DNA of 61,518 nucleotides from Fidelibacterota bacterium. Its GTDB lineage: Bacteria > Fidelibacterota > Marinisomatia > Marinisomatales > Marinisomataceae. The position numbers and the translations under genes are program-made. The notes below the pieces were generated by a model, which searched no databases, was not told where the DNA came from, and was given only the letters and a program-made list of their open reading frames with translations. Below are positions 60,901 through 61,518 of the stretch, in pieces. The DNA is taken from positions 1 through 61,518 of the forward strand of contig JAQXAG010000048.1 in NCBI GenBank assembly GCA_029253045.1, given 5' to 3'. Position 1 is the first letter of the stretch. Every line of letters begins with the position of its first letter.

Positions 60901-61247
60901 TCTTTAATACTGCCCTAAGCGACGCTGATATCGAAAAAATCGAAGGCTACCTCGCTCACAAATGGGGGCTTGAAGGCGAGTTACCAAACGATCATGGGTG
61001 GAAATCAACCCCCCCTTCTTCTGTTGTATCTTTTAATACCTCTGCAATTCCTGTAACTCCTCAAAAATTTAGAACCCCTCAGAAATATATAACTTATTCA
61101 TATGAATTACCTGAAGAAAATCATTATGAAGAAGGAACATATTTAGCTATTGAAATGGATAATGGAGGAACCAATGGAGAAAAGTGTTACGAAGGAAATA
61201 TAAATCAAGCGATTTTTATATCAGTATTAATTGAGAATAAAATTTAA
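57960..61247 (+). CDS. tail fibre with GDQxIxGxKxF repeats and C-terminal LamG/concanavalin-like lectin domain
   Basis: 1,095 aa. About 11 units of V(Y/F)xTG(D/N)QxIxGxKxFxxFxxGNVSGNLSGTAxYVxSG, a 58-aa tandem duplication, and a C-terminal LamG-like domain. Confidence 0.75.
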   Translation: MAIDRKISDLDNIPGLATTPPKEGDYFLIAREDVNNYKLSYTRLDDLVRRDVVFTTGDQTIDGQKSFDKAIIGNLQGFSKYVYEGMYITGDQTVAGIKTFDEFILGNVSGNLSGTAQYVVSGVYQTGDQTIYGIKSFEDDIFISGKSLDSHIKYVISNATSDIREDVEGLKSSGVFITGNQYISGIKSFDSFISGNVSGNLSGTARYVQDGVYLTGNQVISGVKTFDDFLVGNVSGNLSGTSLYVKSGVYTSGDQKIEGTKDFVGDIYLSGKPIVSMVADAIDNVAYITGDQNISGIKTFESFISGNVSGNLSGTALYVQSGVYTSGNQNIEGVKDFVGDLYISGKPFTDYSTKLSEEEVLFITGYDQVITGKKIFYDYLIPSGGITTTGDSQSLVLKGDPYKIIDAPTGALTISFENGVYITGSDLHVQGKIFADEIQSVDSIAGNSGSMVLTDGRDPALFEGPDESLSMAFKSGVFITGGADLHVEGKIFADEIEALDSIAGESGAMVLTDGRDPALFEGPDESLSLAFKSGVYITGSSFYIDENLYISGKNFKSYIPEDIFYITGDQTVGGEKVFSNFITADISGNLSGTASNVVSGVYTSGNQQIKGIKDFVGDLLVSGKPFNSYASPSLNNNNQHVEPNVFYETINSNFWWSSSSSKVYIPLSNAETACSSNCTNSEESGKMNMQHVKLMPNKGKVKKINFSITKTNPHGIPNPQFNIISGKAIDYDCDSSVDSECSSKLYFIDDIGEEVKNKVGSTNFQYSQWEDTYHVYARMGSSYPSHSCCYPSSSFNPNTGWTPSEDYNSSDLKLWLDASDLTTAGATWNDKSGNENHATKYNTPTVVPDAQNGLSLMRYDRASAAASTDYHEWNDINDIRTIFAVFKRDSGNNGSILTDDSVYPFFSNGDSLLSNNHGDDNIKNGLYKLNGSSITPTSTEYPANLSIVAIRSLDTVESSRIGRDREANNYHFDGDYGELLIFNTALSDADIEKIEGYLAHKWGLEGELPNDHGWKSTPPSSVVSFNTSAIPVTPQKFRTPQKYITYSYELPEENHYEEGTYLAIEMDNGGTNGEKCYEGNINQAIFISVLIENKI
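58114..59003 (+). repeat. fibre repeat block (about 8 units of ~35-40 aa; 2-3 more at 59044-59100 and 59644-59845)
   Basis: Examples: MYITGDQTVAGIKTFDEFILGNVSGNLSGTAQYVVSG; VFITGNQYISGIKSFDSFISGNVSGNLSGTARYVQDG; VYLTGNQVISGVKTFDDFLVGNVSGNLSGTSLYVKSG; VAYITGDQNISGIKTFESFISGNVSGNLSGTALYVQSG. These alternate with VYTSG(D/N)QxIEGxKDFVGDxYxSGKP units. Confidence 0.8.
59250..59597 (+). repeat. tandem duplication, 2 x 174 nt (58 aa)
   Basis: GKIFADEIQSVDSIAGNSGSMVLTDGRDPALFEGPDESLSMAFKSGVFITGGADLHVE (59250-59423) and GKIFADEIEALDSIAGESGAMVLTDGRDPALFEGPDESLSLAFKSGVYITGSSFYIDE (59424-59597). A 26-nt core, accgatggtagggatcctgcgctatt, is identical in both copies. Confidence 0.9.
60390..60985 (+). other. 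LamG / concanavalin-A-like lectin domain (Laminin_G_3 type) at fibre C-terminus
   Basis: DLKLWLDASDLTTAGATWNDKSGNENHAT...IRTIFAVFKRD...GDYGELLIFNTALSDADIEKIEGYLAHKWGL matches the L.LWLDA....W.D.SGN.NHA ... GxIxExxIF...LS....IE.YLA.KWGL pattern. Confidence 0.75.
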
Positions 61248-61429
61248 CTAAGCTTCTTGCAAACTCCTAAAAATAAATAGGAGAATAAAGGCCAAGAAAA
61301 GGTTCCAGCTAATATAATTAAAGGCGAGCAACCCGATAATGAACATATAATTAGACCTGTAATCCAAGATATGTGAGTAGCTAGACAGAGAGGACATATA
61401 AAAAGTTCACCTAACTTTCCTCCATTCAT
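61244..61429 (-). CDS. small membrane protein with CxxC motif (DUF1360-like?)
   Basis: 61 aa. ELFICPLCLATHISWITGLIICSL and LIILAGTFSWPLFSYLFLGV form two hydrophobic helices. Its stop shares TTAA (61244-61247) with the convergent fibre gene. Confidence 0.4.
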   Translation of the reverse strand: MNGGKLGELFICPLCLATHISWITGLIICSLSGCSPLIILAGTFSWPLFSYLFLGVCKKLS

Positions 61430-61518
61430 AGCTAAATAATCTTCTAGGTCGTCAGCCGTGTAGATAGAATCATTTTTTTTTTTATTTTATAAAATTTTAT
61501 AAAAATAAACAGATATGT

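Noticed and set aside
1-61518. tRNA, rRNA, CRISPR arrays, transposases, integrase, terminase and lysis genes
   Set aside because: The intergenic gaps are all 127 nt or shorter and show no cloverleaf-like or repeat-spacer structure. No ORF shows recombinase, Walker-A terminase, holin-endolysin pair or transposase motifs that I can recognise.

Overview
This is an AT-rich window (roughly one-third G+C by hand counts) that is almost entirely coding, with about 0.9 kb non-coding. It reads as the virion-morphogenesis region of a tailed dsDNA phage or prophage with a long non-contractile, siphovirus-type tail. I see no host-like flanks, tRNA, rRNA, CRISPR array, integrase, terminase or lysis cassette. 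From left to right the window holds: a 5'-truncated ORF; two large repeat proteins (849 aa and 2,801 aa) built from PKD-like WGD modules and DUF285/BspA-like leucine-rich repeats, the larger with an N-terminal trypsin-like Ser-protease domain; and an alpha/beta-hydrolase esterase. Next comes a lambda-ordered head module: portal, prohead protease-scaffold fusion, a decoration candidate at the gpD position, and a major capsid protein followed by a terminator. Then come neck genes interrupted by an inverted three-gene cassette, a 580-aa major tail protein with two tube-like half-domains plus a terminator, and a 3,545-aa tape measure protein (TMP). These are followed by two tandem tube-like paralogues and a lambda M/L/K/I/J-type tail-tip block ending in a 2,880-aa J-like protein. 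The window ends with a fibre region: 1,393-aa and 1,095-aa fibres, a second inverted two-gene cassette and another tube-like protein. Four things stand out. (i) The TMP gene carries a ~930-aa non-coiled insert punctuated seven times by G-x-(I/V)-P-N-(Y/F)-A, and one module looks like a GNAT acetyltransferase. (ii) There is no G/GT-type chaperone pair at the canonical position. (iii) A GGTGTA(T)AAT element recurs upstream of genes. A 27-nt near-identical promoter-plus-start copy sits before the portal gene and, inverted and 44 kb away, before a minus-strand LRR-like gene, spaced so that several mRNAs could be leaderless. (iv) A G+C-rich LamG-like domain is grafted onto the last fibre. All functional calls rest on motif recognition and synteny only; no searches were run.
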